Assembly: GCA_038077975.1 (NCBI GenBank)
Contig: JBBUGM010000013.1
Span: 1 to 42,833, forward strand
Direction: 5' to 3'
Origin: Patescibacteria group bacterium
GTDB lineage: Bacteria; Patescibacteriota; Minisyncoccia; UBA6257; 2-01-FULL-56-20
Length of the DNA stretch: 42,833 nucleotides
Below the pieces are notes generated by a model. It was not told the origin of the DNA, made no database searches, and saw nothing but the letters and a program-made list of their open reading frames with translations. Shown in pieces: positions 18,134 to 28,370 of the stretch (position 1 is its first letter; every line of letters begins with the position of its first letter). Position numbers and translations under genes: made by a program.

Positions 18134-18141
18134 CACTTTTT

Positions 18142-18708
18142 ATGAAAATAAAGGAAAAAAAATTTGGCGGATTATTCGAGATATGGCTTGAACCGCACGA
18201 GGACGAGCGCGGTTTTTTTATGCGCACCAATGACGAAAAGGTTTTTAAAGAATATGGGTTAAACAAGAATTGGGTGCAGGAAAGTGAATCCTTCTCAAGA
18301 TTTAAAGGAACCGTTCGGGGTATGCATTTTCAATATCCGCCGCATGTGGAAGCTAAGGCGATAAGGGTTGTAGCGGGTGCAACTTTTTTTGCTTTTGTCG
18401 ATCTTCGAAAGAATTCTCCAACATTGGGGAAATGGGACTCCGCCATCTTATCGGCGGAAAAGAAAAACATGATCATAATACCGCGCGGGTTTGCCAATGG
18501 GACGTGCACGCTTTCGGAGAATTGTACTTTGATTTACAAGATGGACAACTATTTCGATCCCGAAAGTTATGATTCGATAAAATGGGACGATCCTGATGTG
18601 GGCATAGTATGGCCAATCAAAAATCCATCGGTGATTTCGGAACAAGATGGGAAAGCCCAAAGTTTCAAAGAATTTTTAAAGAAGAGTGGCGGTGGGTTGA
18701 GTGTCTAA
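18142..18708 (+). CDS. rfbC: NDP-4-keto-6-deoxysugar 3,5-epimerase (RmlC family)
   Basis: DERGFF, GTVRGMHFQ, VDLRKNSPT, IPRGFANG, WDDPDVGIVWP. Confidence 0.85.
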   Translation: MKIKEKKFGGLFEIWLEPHEDERGFFMRTNDEKVFKEYGLNKNWVQESESFSRFKGTVRGMHFQYPPHVEAKAIRVVAGATFFAFVDLRKNSPTLGKWDSAILSAEKKNMIIIPRGFANGTCTLSENCTLIYKMDNYFDPESYDSIKWDDPDVGIVWPIKNPSVISEQDGKAQSFKEFLKKSGGGLSV

Positions 18709-18767
18709 TTTCAATGTCTTAAAACAAAAACTTGCATTTTTTTGGGTTTTCTCGTAGTATTTTTTCA

Positions 18768-19505
18768 ATGCAGACGATTATCCTTTGCGGCGGTAAGGGC
18801 ACTCGCCTCCGGGAAGAGACGGAATTCAAGCCAAAACCAATGGTCAAGATCGGCGGCAAGCCGATACTGTGGCATATTATGAAGCTTTATGCCCATTATG
18901 GGTTTCGCGATTTTATTTTGACCTTGGGGTACAAAGGGGAAATGATCCGCGATTATTTTTCCGATGAAAATAATTTCCCCGAGGACAAGGGCCGTTTCAA
19001 CATTATCTTCGCTGACACGGGCGATGAAAGCTCGACGGGCGCAAGAATTTTGAAGGCAGGCAAATATGTTAGGGGCGACTCTTTTATGGTTACGTATGGC
19101 GACGGAGTTTCTGATATAGACATACGTAAATTGGTAGACTTTCATAAAAGTAAAAACCTAAAAGCAACCATAACCGCCACTCACCCCTATTCAAAATACG
19201 GTTTAATAAATATTCATAAAGAAAATCATTTAGTCACTGATTTTTATCAGAAACCGTTATTGCACGATTATATTAGTGCTGGCTTCATGGTGTTCGGCAG
19301 GGACGCACTCGGTTATTTCGATGAGGAGGCCATGGAAAATGTGTTCCCAAAGCTCATTAAAGAAAAAACGCTAGCGGCTTATCGACATGATGGTTTTTGG
19401 AAATCCATGGACACCTATACAGAGATGGAAGAGTTAAACGCATTGTGGGAAAATGAGAGGCCTTGGGCGGTTTGGGAGAAAAAACCAACGCTTGCCCAAA
19501 AATGA
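18768..19505 (+). CDS. rfbF: Glucose-1-phosphate cytidylyltransferase
   Basis: ILCGGKGTRLREETEFKPKPMVKIGGKPILWHIMK, TYGDG, GFWKSMDT. Start revised to 18768. Confidence 0.9.
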   Translation: MQTIILCGGKGTRLREETEFKPKPMVKIGGKPILWHIMKLYAHYGFRDFILTLGYKGEMIRDYFSDENNFPEDKGRFNIIFADTGDESSTGARILKAGKYVRGDSFMVTYGDGVSDIDIRKLVDFHKSKNLKATITATHPYSKYGLINIHKENHLVTDFYQKPLLHDYISAGFMVFGRDALGYFDEEAMENVFPKLIKEKTLAAYRHDGFWKSMDTYTEMEELNALWENERPWAVWEKKPTLAQK

Positions 19506-20574
19506 GGGGGATTAAAGATTTTTATAAAGGGAAAAAGGTTTTGGTTACCGGCCACACCGGTTTCAAGGGGGCTTGGCTTGCCGAGATCTTGCTCTACTGC
19601 GGCGCAAAAGTTTCGGGAGTCGGGCTTAAACCGGATACGCGCCCGAATTTGTTCGGCTTGTTACGCCTCGAACGCAAACTTGGCAACCATTTCGCCGATG
19701 TCAGAAATTTTAAAAATCTTCGGACAGTGATTTTAAAAGAAAAGCCGGAAATAGTTTTCCACCTCGCGGCGCAACCCTTGGTTCGGAGAAGTTACGATGA
19801 TCCCCTCTATACGTTTGAGACGAATATTATGGGCACGGCGAATGTACTCCAGGCCGTGAAAGAATACGGCAAAGTTCGATCAGCCGTTATTATCACCACT
19901 GATAAAGTTTATAAACACAAACATCCCGGCCGCGCCTTCGAAGAAGAAGACGAACTCGGTGGTCGCGATCCCTATAGTGCAAGCAAAGCCGCTGCTGAAA
20001 TAGTGATCGATTCTTATGCGCGATCTTTCTTTTCTGCCGAAGATTACGGTGCGGCTCACAAAACTCTGGTGGCTTCTGCGAGGGCCGGGAACGTAATAGG
20101 TGGCGGCGATTGGTCTGAAGATCGATTACTGCCGGATATCGTAAAAAATATTTTTACGAGCGAAGGAAAAATTATTATCCGTAATCCTGGGCACGTGAGA
20201 GCATGGCAGCACGTGCTTGACCCCCTCTGCGGTTATTTATTGCTTGCTCGCGAACTCTACGAAGGCAAAAAAGATTTTCTGGGGGTTGGAATTTCGGGCC
20301 GGATGCCAGCAGTTTCTTATCGGTAGAAAAATTGTTGGGAAAAACACTCCGTATATTGGGAAGGGGGTCGTATTCGATTAAGAAAGGCGCCGCGAAGCAC
20401 GAAGATAATATTTTGAAATTAAACAGCGATAAAGCAAGGAAACTGCTTCATTGGCGGGCAAATTTTGATATCGACGAGACGCTTAGAATGACCCTTGACT
20501 GGTACCGGGGTTTTTATAACGGAGAAGACGCAGCGCATATTACCGACCAGCAGATAGAGTCGTTTTTTGGCTAG
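19502..20574 (+). pseudogene. rfbG: CDP-glucose 4,6-dehydratase with a one-base frameshift at ~20267-20285
   Basis: TGHTGFKGAWL, HLAAQPLVRRSY, DPYSASK, RAGNVIGGGDW. The conserved WNFGP motif and C-terminus lie in the -1 frame after A6/T4/G5 runs. Confidence 0.88.
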
Positions 20575-20594
20575 ATTTTGTTATCTTTATTGTA

Positions 20595-21497
20595 ATGAAA
20601 GTTTTTATTACCGGAGGAACCGGGTTTGTCGGTAGACCGACCGTTGCACGCCTCTTGGAAAGGGGGCACGTGGTTTTTTTGCTTGTTCGGAACTTCGATA
20701 GGGCTACAAAAATTTTCGGCAAAAGTAAGCGCCTAATTTTTGTCAAAGGCGGTTTGTCCCATACTTCGCCGTGGAAGCACACCATTAAAAAATTGAAGCC
20801 GGATGCGTGTATCCATCTTGCATGGGAGGACATTCCTGACTACGGAGTTGATACGAGCGTTAAAAACATGGAGCAGAGCATTGTTTTATTCCGCATCCTT
20901 GGAGAAGCGAAGTGCAAAAGAATAATCGCGACCGGGACATGCTGGGAATATGGTGCCGCAACGGGAAAATTGCGCGAGGATATGGGGCTCAGTCCGATGT
21001 TGCCGTATACGGCCGCGAAGACCGCAGTGCACTGGCTTGGGAAGGAGATCGCGGAACGCGCGGGCATGGAATTTTACTGGACACGCCTTTTTTTTGTATA
21101 TGGTCCGGGGCGAAAATCACCTTCTTTGATTTCGCATTTGATTGCGAGCAAAAAGATAGACAATCATCCCAAACTTGAAAAACCTCTCGACGGGAGAGAT
21201 TTTATTTATGTGGAGGACGTTGCGAATGTGTTGGTAAAACTCGTGGAATCGCGCGGCAAAAACCCTTACGCCGTATATAATATTGGAACGGGCAAATTAA
21301 CTTCGAACGCCCGCATTGCTAATTTGGTTTACGGCAAGAAGATTTTACGCGAGCCCCGGAAACCCAAGGGGTTTTGGGCGGATATTTCAAAAATAAAGAA
21401 AGAGTTAGAGTGGAGGCCGACAATTTTTCCGAAAGAAGGCGTTAAGATGACACTCGAGTATTCAGGAAGGAATAAAGAGGAATATGAATCAAGATAA
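20595..21497 (+). CDS. NAD-dependent epimerase/4-keto reductase (CDP-dideoxysugar synthase-like)
   Basis: TGGTGFVG, HLAWEDIPD, YTAAK, RLFFVYGPG; follows rfbG. Confidence 0.8.
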   Translation: MKVFITGGTGFVGRPTVARLLERGHVVFLLVRNFDRATKIFGKSKRLIFVKGGLSHTSPWKHTIKKLKPDACIHLAWEDIPDYGVDTSVKNMEQSIVLFRILGEAKCKRIIATGTCWEYGAATGKLREDMGLSPMLPYTAAKTAVHWLGKEIAERAGMEFYWTRLFFVYGPGRKSPSLISHLIASKKIDNHPKLEKPLDGRDFIYVEDVANVLVKLVESRGKNPYAVYNIGTGKLTSNARIANLVYGKKILREPRKPKGFWADISKIKKELEWRPTIFPKEGVKMTLEYSGRNKEEYESR

Positions 21498-22341
21498 ATT
21501 AGTAAGCATTGGTTTGGGAACAAGGAATCGTTCCCACTATATCGGGACAGCATTGGACTCCCTTCTTGCGCAAACATACCGGAATTTTGAGTTGGTGATA
21601 TCCGATAACGCTTCTACCGACGATACTCCGCTGATCTGCGAGAAATACACAAGGAAAGACCGGCGCGTAAAATATATATGGCAGAAATCGAACATAGGCC
21701 ACGCCAAGAACTTCGATTTTCTTAAAGAAAACGCCAGAGGCGAGTATTTTATGTGGGCTTCGGATGACGACAAGTGGGCGCCGACTTTTATAGAAAAGTG
21801 TCTCGAGGCCTTGAATGCCAATCCGGATGCAGTAATTGCCACAGCTAACTTCTTTGACTTTGACGATTTGGGCAGAATGCAAAAAGGAGATCCGAAATTA
21901 TTTTTTCCGTTTAAGCATGATTTATACGGCCGCCTCAAAGAATTTATTTTATTACCTATCATCTGTCAAAAAAGTGCACCGATGTTTGGTCTCATGAGGC
22001 GCAAGAAAGTTGCGGATTGTGAATTTAAAGACGAGCCATTTCTTGATTATGACTTCGTTTTTCATTGCCTAACCAAAGGGCGTTTTGTTCTTGTAGATGA
22101 ACCTCTCTTCTATAAGCGTACCAAAAACTTTGTTCTTGACCCGAATCCGAGCCTATTCTTGCGGGCGAAACGGATAGTATCCAATATTAAGACAAGGTTC
22201 ATATTGCTTTTTTCACCACTGTTGTTCCCCAATATGATTTTTATATCGCGCCTGAAAATTTTAACGCCGGGAGAAAAGTTCCAACTTATATTCTGGAACT
22301 TTATGGCGCTTTTGCGCCTGTTCGTCTGGTATAAGGCATAG
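21484..22341 (+). CDS. GT2 glycosyltransferase
   Basis: VSIGLGTRN, ELVISDNASTD, GEYFMWASDDD. Confidence 0.9.
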   Translation: MNQDKLVSIGLGTRNRSHYIGTALDSLLAQTYRNFELVISDNASTDDTPLICEKYTRKDRRVKYIWQKSNIGHAKNFDFLKENARGEYFMWASDDDKWAPTFIEKCLEALNANPDAVIATANFFDFDDLGRMQKGDPKLFFPFKHDLYGRLKEFILLPIICQKSAPMFGLMRRKKVADCEFKDEPFLDYDFVFHCLTKGRFVLVDEPLFYKRTKNFVLDPNPSLFLRAKRIVSNIKTRFILLFSPLLFPNMIFISRLKILTPGEKFQLIFWNFMALLRLFVWYKA

Positions 22342-22349
22342 CGAATGAC

Positions 22350-23120
22350 ATGAGAACAATCAATAATATCGCAAGAAGGGTACGACTCGTGCTAGGGGGT
22401 ATAGCGATGTTCAAGAGCTGGGGTCTATGGCTGGGATATCGCTTCGGCTTTTCTTTTGTGCGGAAGAAGGGCATGGGGCTGTTCCACATTCGAGGCGGAC
22501 CTGCTTTCAAGATCAACTATGCCCAAACGGACGTCGGGACCTTGCAGGAGGTGTGGCTGATGGATCTCTACCAAAAGCACTACAGGGCCAAGCCGGGCGA
22601 CGTCGTTATCGATATCGGCGCGAACTTCGGGGCTTTTGCCGTGCTTGCCGCAAAAAGCGGTGCCACGGTTTATGCTTATGAACCGACGCCGCGCCAGTTC
22701 GATCTTCTTTCGGAGAATACGCGCGGATTACCCGTCCACTGCTACAAACTTGCGGTTGCCGGAAAAAGCGGAGAAATAAATATTTACGAGGCGCCCGGCG
22801 GAGATGCGGGAAACAGTGTAATATATAACGAACACTTGAAGCGGATCCCATTCGTCGCAAAAGCGATCACGCTTCGCGAGATTATCAACGAAACGGGGAG
22901 GTGCGATTTTTTGAAGATCGATTGCGAGGGTTCCGAGGTAGACATTTTGCGGACGGCGCCAAGGGAGATCTTCGCTCGGATAGACAACATCGCTTTGGAA
23001 TATCACGATAATCTTGAAGAAATGAAGCAAATTTTCCGCACGCTTGATTATAAATTCGTTACGCCTGGCAAGGGTAAATACGGATATCTTTATGCTTGGC
23101 GTGGCGGCAGGCCAAATTAA
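22350..23120 (+). CDS. FkbM-family methyltransferase
   Basis: VIDIGANFG, YAYEP, FLKIDCEGSE, LEYH. Confidence 0.9.
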   Translation: MRTINNIARRVRLVLGGIAMFKSWGLWLGYRFGFSFVRKKGMGLFHIRGGPAFKINYAQTDVGTLQEVWLMDLYQKHYRAKPGDVVIDIGANFGAFAVLAAKSGATVYAYEPTPRQFDLLSENTRGLPVHCYKLAVAGKSGEINIYEAPGGDAGNSVIYNEHLKRIPFVAKAITLREIINETGRCDFLKIDCEGSEVDILRTAPREIFARIDNIALEYHDNLEEMKQIFRTLDYKFVTPGKGKYGYLYAWRGGRPN

Positions 23121-23137
23121 CTAAACTCGACACGAAG

Positions 23138-24097
23138 ATGAAAATCGCAAACAAGGATACAGTAAGCGTTATTTTCGCCTCAAACGACAATTACTCCATG
23201 CTTCTCGGGGTTGCTTTGTGTTCCCTCTTCGAGAACAAAAAAGGAGATTACCCAATTAAATTGTATGTTGTTGACTTTGGAATATCAGCCAAGAACAAGG
23301 AGCGTCTTGGAGTGCTGGAGAAGAAATATGATTTTGTCATCAATTACGTCGTTCCCGCGAAGGCGCTTTTTGAAAAAATCCCGAGAGTTCTCCGATTCAA
23401 TATAGACTACGCGCCGATCGAAATCTACCACCACATTTTTCTGGCGCACTTTCTGCCGGCGGAATGCCGCAGAGTGATCGACATTGATGTCGATGTTATT
23501 GTGAGGGGGGACATCGCCGAGGTGTTAAACATCGACCTTGAGGGGAGAGTGCTCGGGGCTATTCCGGACTGTGAGCAGGAAAAAAGGCAGACGCACTTGA
23601 AAAGGTTGCGCGAAGACATCAATTGGCCCGTGGCGCAAGAATTGCCCGCCTATTTCAACGCCGGCGTGGTTTTGGTCGACCTTGAACTTTGGAGAAAATC
23701 CGGAACAGAAGAAAAACTTCTCCGGCTTCTCCGCGAACATCAGGGCAAACTTCGCTATCACGAGCAAGATGCCCTCAATCTTGTGCTTGCGGGCGACTAC
23801 AAAGAGCTTGGCATGAAATACAATTTTATAGCCGCAGCGATACCCGAAAGAGCGTACTCCGAGGAAGAGCCCAACCCGCTTATCGTCCACTTCGCTGGGG
23901 GTGGTAAGCCGTGGTATTTTTTCTCCGCGCTCCCCTACCAGCCGGAATATATTTACTACATCAATAAAACCTCATGGAAGCGCAAGAAGTACCGCAAGGT
24001 AATGGACATTTACTTCGCGAAAAAATACCACATCTATTTTGTGATGTGGCCGATCTGGAGTGTCTATAAAAAAATCAAGAAATATTTCGCGCGATAG
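23138..24097 (+). CDS. GT8 glycosyltransferase
   Basis: FASNDNY, DIDVD, YFNAGV, EQDALN, IVHFAGGGKPW. Confidence 0.9.
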   Translation: MKIANKDTVSVIFASNDNYSMLLGVALCSLFENKKGDYPIKLYVVDFGISAKNKERLGVLEKKYDFVINYVVPAKALFEKIPRVLRFNIDYAPIEIYHHIFLAHFLPAECRRVIDIDVDVIVRGDIAEVLNIDLEGRVLGAIPDCEQEKRQTHLKRLREDINWPVAQELPAYFNAGVVLVDLELWRKSGTEEKLLRLLREHQGKLRYHEQDALNLVLAGDYKELGMKYNFIAAAIPERAYSEEEPNPLIVHFAGGGKPWYFFSALPYQPEYIYYINKTSWKRKKYRKVMDIYFAKKYHIYFVMWPIWSVYKKIKKYFAR

Positions 24098-24112
24098 TTT
24101 GTCGGCTGCGTC

Positions 24113-24598
24113 TTAGTCCTGGTGCAAATTTTTTATTTTTCTGATCAACGCGGACGTTGACCTGCCGTTTATGATAGGCAGAAATACCAGTTCCGCGCCG
24201 ATCTGCTCGAGAACGTGCCTTTCTAGTATTTCCGAAAGTTTCCTGTCCCCGCCTTTTACGTGTATATCCGGTTTTACCTTGGCGAGCCATTCGGTCGGCG
24301 CTCGATCTCCGAAAATAAACACATAATCTACCGACGAGAGCGATCCTATGATCTCGGCCCGCTCTTTTGCCGCTATGATCGGACGGTTTTTACCTTTGAA
24401 TTTTCTTACCGAGCTGTCCGAATTTATTCCGACTATAAGGACATCGCCCAGTGATTTGGCGTGCGTCAGATTTCTGATATGGCCCACATGAATGAGGTCG
24501 AAGCAGCCGTTCGTCGTTACGATCTTCAATCCCTTGGCCTTCGCGCGTTTGGCTATTTTGACGATCTCGCCGAGTTCTTTGATTTTTGAGTTTTTCAT
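24113..24598 (-). CDS. rfaE2: D-glycero-beta-D-manno-heptose-1-phosphate adenylyltransferase (standalone HldE domain II)
   Basis: TNGCFDLIHVGH, VGINSDSSV, KPDIHVKGGD, STS. Confidence 0.87.
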   Translation of the reverse strand: MKNSKIKELGEIVKIAKRAKAKGLKIVTTNGCFDLIHVGHIRNLTHAKSLGDVLIVGINSDSSVRKFKGKNRPIIAAKERAEIIGSLSSVDYVFIFGDRAPTEWLAKVKPDIHVKGGDRKLSEILERHVLEQIGAELVFLPIINGRSTSALIRKIKNLHQD

Positions 24599-25725
24599 TT
24601 GATTGCCTTCGAAATTTCGGGTACTACGTATTTATCAAGAGAGCTTGGTAGAATGTTCTCTGGTTTCAGGTTTTTCACGTAGTTCGCTAAATTTTCGGCG
24701 GCGCGCAAGAGCATCGGCATCGTGATCTGCCGAACTTTATTATCGAGCGCGCCACGGAAAATACCCGGGAAGGCGAGTGAGTTGTTGACCTGGTTCGGAA
24801 AGTCGGACCTTCCGGTTGCGACTATGAATGCTCCTGCCCGCCTCGCCTCATCAGGCATGATTTCCGGGATAGGATTCGCAAGGGCGAAAACGATGGGGTT
24901 TTTATTCATGCTTTTTACCATTTCCGCGCTGAAAAGCCCCGCCTTGCTTACGCCTATAAGGACATCACTCCCTTTTACCGCAGAGCCAAGATTTCCTGAA
25001 GGTTTTTTTGTAAGTTTTGCGAGCTCACGCTTGTATTCGTTGAGATCGTTCCTTGCGGAGGAAATTATTCCCTTACTGTCGCAGACGGTGATGTCCCCGA
25101 AACCGTATTCGGAAAGGATTTTTGCGATGCTTGTTCCCGCCGCCCCCGCGCCGTTTATTACGATTTTTACATCATCTTTTCGGGAGCCGCGGAGCTTTAA
25201 GGCGTTCACGAGTCCCGCGAGCACGACAACCGCACTGCCCCATTGGTCGTCGTGCATTACGGGGATATCGAGTTCCTCTTTGAGCCGCCTTTCGATCTCA
25301 AAACAACGCGGCGCCGCAATGTCTTCAAGATTTATCCCTCCGAAAACCGGCGCGATGTTTTTAACGGTCGCGATAATTTCTTCGACGTCTTGTGTAGCGA
25401 GGCAGATAGGGAAAGCGTCGATGCCGGCAAGTTCTTTAAAGAGCAGGGCTTTGCCCTCCATGACTGGTATCGCGGCTTCTGGCCCTAGGTTGCCGAGGCC
25501 CAAGATGGCCGAGCCGTCGGAGACAACCGCTACGGAATTTCTTTTTATCGTGTATTCATACGCATCGTTTTTATTCTTCCCGATCGCGCGCGCAACCTCC
25601 GCCACGCCGGGAGTATAGGCGAGCGCAAGATCAGATTTATCTTTTAGCGGAACCTTGCCCCCGACCTCGAGTTTGCCGCCGTGTTTTTTGTGGAGCTCCA
25701 AGGATTTTTGATAGACATCGTCCAT
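24595..25725 (-). CDS. NAD(P)-dependent malic enzyme (short form)
   Basis: AYTPGVA, PVMEGKA, GINLEDIAAPRCF, HDDQWG, GAGAAG, ATGRSDFPNQVNN. Confidence 0.95.
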   Translation of the reverse strand: MDDVYQKSLELHKKHGGKLEVGGKVPLKDKSDLALAYTPGVAEVARAIGKNKNDAYEYTIKRNSVAVVSDGSAILGLGNLGPEAAIPVMEGKALLFKELAGIDAFPICLATQDVEEIIATVKNIAPVFGGINLEDIAAPRCFEIERRLKEELDIPVMHDDQWGSAVVVLAGLVNALKLRGSRKDDVKIVINGAGAAGTSIAKILSEYGFGDITVCDSKGIISSARNDLNEYKRELAKLTKKPSGNLGSAVKGSDVLIGVSKAGLFSAEMVKSMNKNPIVFALANPIPEIMPDEARRAGAFIVATGRSDFPNQVNNSLAFPGIFRGALDNKVRQITMPMLLRAAENLANYVKNLKPENILPSSLDKYVVPEISKAIK

Positions 25726-25731
25726 CCGCTT

Positions 25732-25779
25732 ATTACATCACGATTTCGATTTTACGACAATCGCTGTGCATGGTATATT
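25732..25779. promoter_or_regulatory. Overlapping divergent leaderless promoters (malic enzyme/hldC and gmhA)
   Basis: Minus strand: TTGTCG-17-TGTAAT-6-ATG. Plus strand: TTTACG-17-TATATT-7-ATG. Confidence 0.55.
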
Positions 25780-25786
25780 GATTTTT

Positions 25787-26353
25787 ATGGCAGACATATT
25801 GGAAGAGGCTTTCCGAAGGCATAGCGAAGTGATAGCGCAGAGCGTAGAGTTCTTGCCCGATGTTCGCCGCGCGGCCGAACTGCTTTTTGGCGCTGCGAAA
25901 GACGATCGCCAGCTTCTTGTTTGCGGCAACGGCGGCTCGGCCGCGGACGCGCAGCACTTGGCGGCCGAATGGGTCTGCAAATACAAGAAAGACAGGCGTC
26001 CCCTGCGAGCCGTGTCCCTCACAACGAACACATCGGCCTTAACCGCTATCGGCAACGATTACGGGTTCGAAGAAGTGTTTCGACGGCAAGTTGAAGCATT
26101 GGGGGAGAAGGACGACGTTTTGGTCGCAATTTCTACGAGCGGCAAGTCGCCGAATGTTCTCCGCGCGATCACAGAGGCGCGCAAGCGCGGAATGAAAGTA
26201 ATATTTCTAACCGGCGCTAGAGGAGCCGGCCTTGAAAAAATTTGCGACGTGCTTATTGCCGTGCCGTCGGACGAAGTTGCCCGTATACAGGAAGCCCACG
26301 AATTGATTTTCCATACTTGGTGCGAATATATAGACGCATTAATTGCCGTCTAG
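25787..26353 (+). CDS. gmhA: Phosphoheptose isomerase
   Basis: CGNGGSAADAQHLAAE, TAIGNDYGF, ISTSGKSPN, RIQEAH. Start revised to 25787. Confidence 0.95.
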   Translation: MADILEEAFRRHSEVIAQSVEFLPDVRRAAELLFGAAKDDRQLLVCGNGGSAADAQHLAAEWVCKYKKDRRPLRAVSLTTNTSALTAIGNDYGFEEVFRRQVEALGEKDDVLVAISTSGKSPNVLRAITEARKRGMKVIFLTGARGAGLEKICDVLIAVPSDEVARIQEAHELIFHTWCEYIDALIAV

Positions 26354-26393
26354 AGCCTTGTCTTATATTTGAAAAGATCATATTATTGAACAA

Positions 26394-27374
26394 ATGAAAT
26401 ATTTAATAACCGGAATTACCGGCTTTGCCGGGCCGCATTTGGCGAATTTGCTGATCGAAAACGATCACGAAGTTTATGGCTTGGTTCGTTGTTCTAACGG
26501 CATGGAAGCCGACATCCTTGACGTGGTTCCGGACAAAAACTACAGCAAGATAAAATTTTTGTATGGAGATTTGACAAGCCGCAATTTGATCGGCGAGGTT
26601 TTTAAAGATAATAAATTTGACGGAGTATATCACTTGGCGGCTCAAAGCCATCCGCCGACGAGCTTTCTCGACCCGAGAGGAACTTTCGAGGCCAATGCGG
26701 TTGGAACCGTGAACGTTGCCGAAGCGATAGCCGAATATCAGCCAACTTGTCGTTTGATGTTTTGTTCCACGTCGGAAGTATACGGAGCGCCCGCGGAATC
26801 CGCCGGGCTAATCGACGAAAAATTCCCAATTGATCCGGTGAATCCCTACGGCGTAAGCAAAGCCGCGGCCGATCTCTATGTCCGCGAAAGGGCCAAGTCG
26901 CTTAAACTGCCGTTTTTTGTAACGCGGGCGTTTTCTCATACCGGTCCGAGGCGGGGCAAGAATTTTTCGATCTCTTCCGATGCTTACCAGATCGTGCGCA
27001 TCAAAAAAGGATTTCAAGAGCCGGTAATTAACGTGGGAACCTTGTCGAGCAAGCGGGTCATTATGGACGTGACGGATTGTGTTATGGCCTATCACCTTTT
27101 AATGCAGAAGTTCACTCCCGGCGAGGCCTACAACGTGGGCGGCGACAAGCCATACACGATGGGCGAGGTTTTGGACAAGATGCTTGAAATGGAGGGGCTC
27201 ACGGGCAAGATTGAGAAGAGAGTGGATCCGAAATTGGTGAGGCCGATCGATATTCCCGTCCAGATATGCGACACCTCAAAGTGTAGGAAGCTGACTGGTT
27301 GGGCGCCCAAGATCTCCATTGAAGAAACCCTAAGAAACCTTTTGGATTATTGGTACGAGAAGATAAAAAATTAA
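26394..27374 (+). CDS. GDP-sugar 4,6-dehydratase/reductase, DmhA/WcbK-like (GDP-heptose)
   Basis: HLAAQSHPPTSF, CSTSEVYG, PYGVSK, SHTGPRR, RPID; adjacent to gmhA. Confidence 0.7.
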   Translation: MKYLITGITGFAGPHLANLLIENDHEVYGLVRCSNGMEADILDVVPDKNYSKIKFLYGDLTSRNLIGEVFKDNKFDGVYHLAAQSHPPTSFLDPRGTFEANAVGTVNVAEAIAEYQPTCRLMFCSTSEVYGAPAESAGLIDEKFPIDPVNPYGVSKAAADLYVRERAKSLKLPFFVTRAFSHTGPRRGKNFSISSDAYQIVRIKKGFQEPVINVGTLSSKRVIMDVTDCVMAYHLLMQKFTPGEAYNVGGDKPYTMGEVLDKMLEMEGLTGKIEKRVDPKLVRPIDIPVQICDTSKCRKLTGWAPKISIEETLRNLLDYWYEKIKN

Positions 27375-27459
27375 GCCGAAACAAAGCAGTTCTGTTCAAA
27401 GAGCGGCCGAGAAAGTATTGTCCGCGCATGATCGCATATAAATCAATTTTCATTCCTAC

Positions 27460-28278
27460 GTGTCAACAGAAGACAAATCCATTCTTTGGAGTTTTTTCGA
27501 AAAGTCCCACCGGAAAGAAAACACCCTGAACTTTAAGCGGACTATAAATCAAAACTATTTCCAGTGGAAATGGTCTTATATCGATTTGCTTTCGGCTCAA
27601 ATGAAGTTTTTGCTGAAAATTAGTTCCATTTTTACGATTCTTAGGGCGCTAAAGAACTTGCCTCCGTCGGAATTCTGGGGAAGAAGCAATGCTAAAATCT
27701 ATGCTTTTGCCGTCAGGCTCTTGTGGAATTATGCCCAGATAAACGACCGGTTGGGAATAACAAAATTACCCGAACCAGAGATGGGAAATCCCTATCCTGT
27801 AATGTGGGAAGGAAGGCTCATATCGCAGGATCTTGCCAATACGTCGCTAGAGCTGAACTGGCTCGTCGAGCAATTGAAAGACGCATCCGTTTCAAGCGTC
27901 GTAGAAATCGGTGCCGGCTATGGGAGAATGGCATACGCCTTTATTTCTTTCCTGAAAAACGAATATCACATCGTAGATATTGAACCCACAAGGAGCATAT
28001 CAGAAAAGTATCTTTCCTCATTGGGCCTTGCCGTTCAATATGGATTTCCCCGGGAAGCCGATCTCGCCATTTCCATCTCAACATTTCCTGAAATGACGAA
28101 GAAGGCTCAAGATAATTACATTGCAAAGATAACTGAATCTTGCAAATATGTTTATTTCAAACAGTGGACAGCGTGGTTCAATGCGTTCGTCCCTCCCCTA
28201 TCATGGAAGCCCATCAAGAAAGAAATCTGTCCGGTGCAAACTAATTTCACTCAGGCGGTATTTAAGATAATAGTCTGA
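27460..28278 (+). CDS. Putative sugar O-methyltransferase
   Basis: VVEIGAGYGRMA, YHIVDI, ISTFPEM. Start uncertain (GTG). Confidence 0.7.
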   Translation: MSTEDKSILWSFFEKSHRKENTLNFKRTINQNYFQWKWSYIDLLSAQMKFLLKISSIFTILRALKNLPPSEFWGRSNAKIYAFAVRLLWNYAQINDRLGITKLPEPEMGNPYPVMWEGRLISQDLANTSLELNWLVEQLKDASVSSVVEIGAGYGRMAYAFISFLKNEYHIVDIEPTRSISEKYLSSLGLAVQYGFPREADLAISISTFPEMTKKAQDNYIAKITESCKYVYFKQWTAWFNAFVPPLSWKPIKKEICPVQTNFTQAVFKIIV

Positions 28279-28370
28279 ATCTGCATACGAAGCACGCGCA
28301 AGCGGAGAATGCGACTCGAAAAACTTGATTTTTCGCAGTTTTTTTGCATAATAAATAATGAAATATACAC

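Noticed and set aside
20264-20275. Programmed -1 frameshift at AAAAAAG in rfbG
   Set aside because: The reading phase is AAA AAA GAT, not A AAA AAG, and no clear stimulatory stem was seen. A simple indel is more likely.
24722-25618. 298-aa ORF antisense to the malic enzyme
   Set aside because: Shadow ORF of a conserved gene with no recognisable motifs. The same applies to the other overlapping short ORFs in the track.
27375-27459. Possible gmhB relic (NKAVLF...), and VFVDRDG at ~36460
   Set aside because: Matches are too short, and the residues that follow do not continue the HAD motif.
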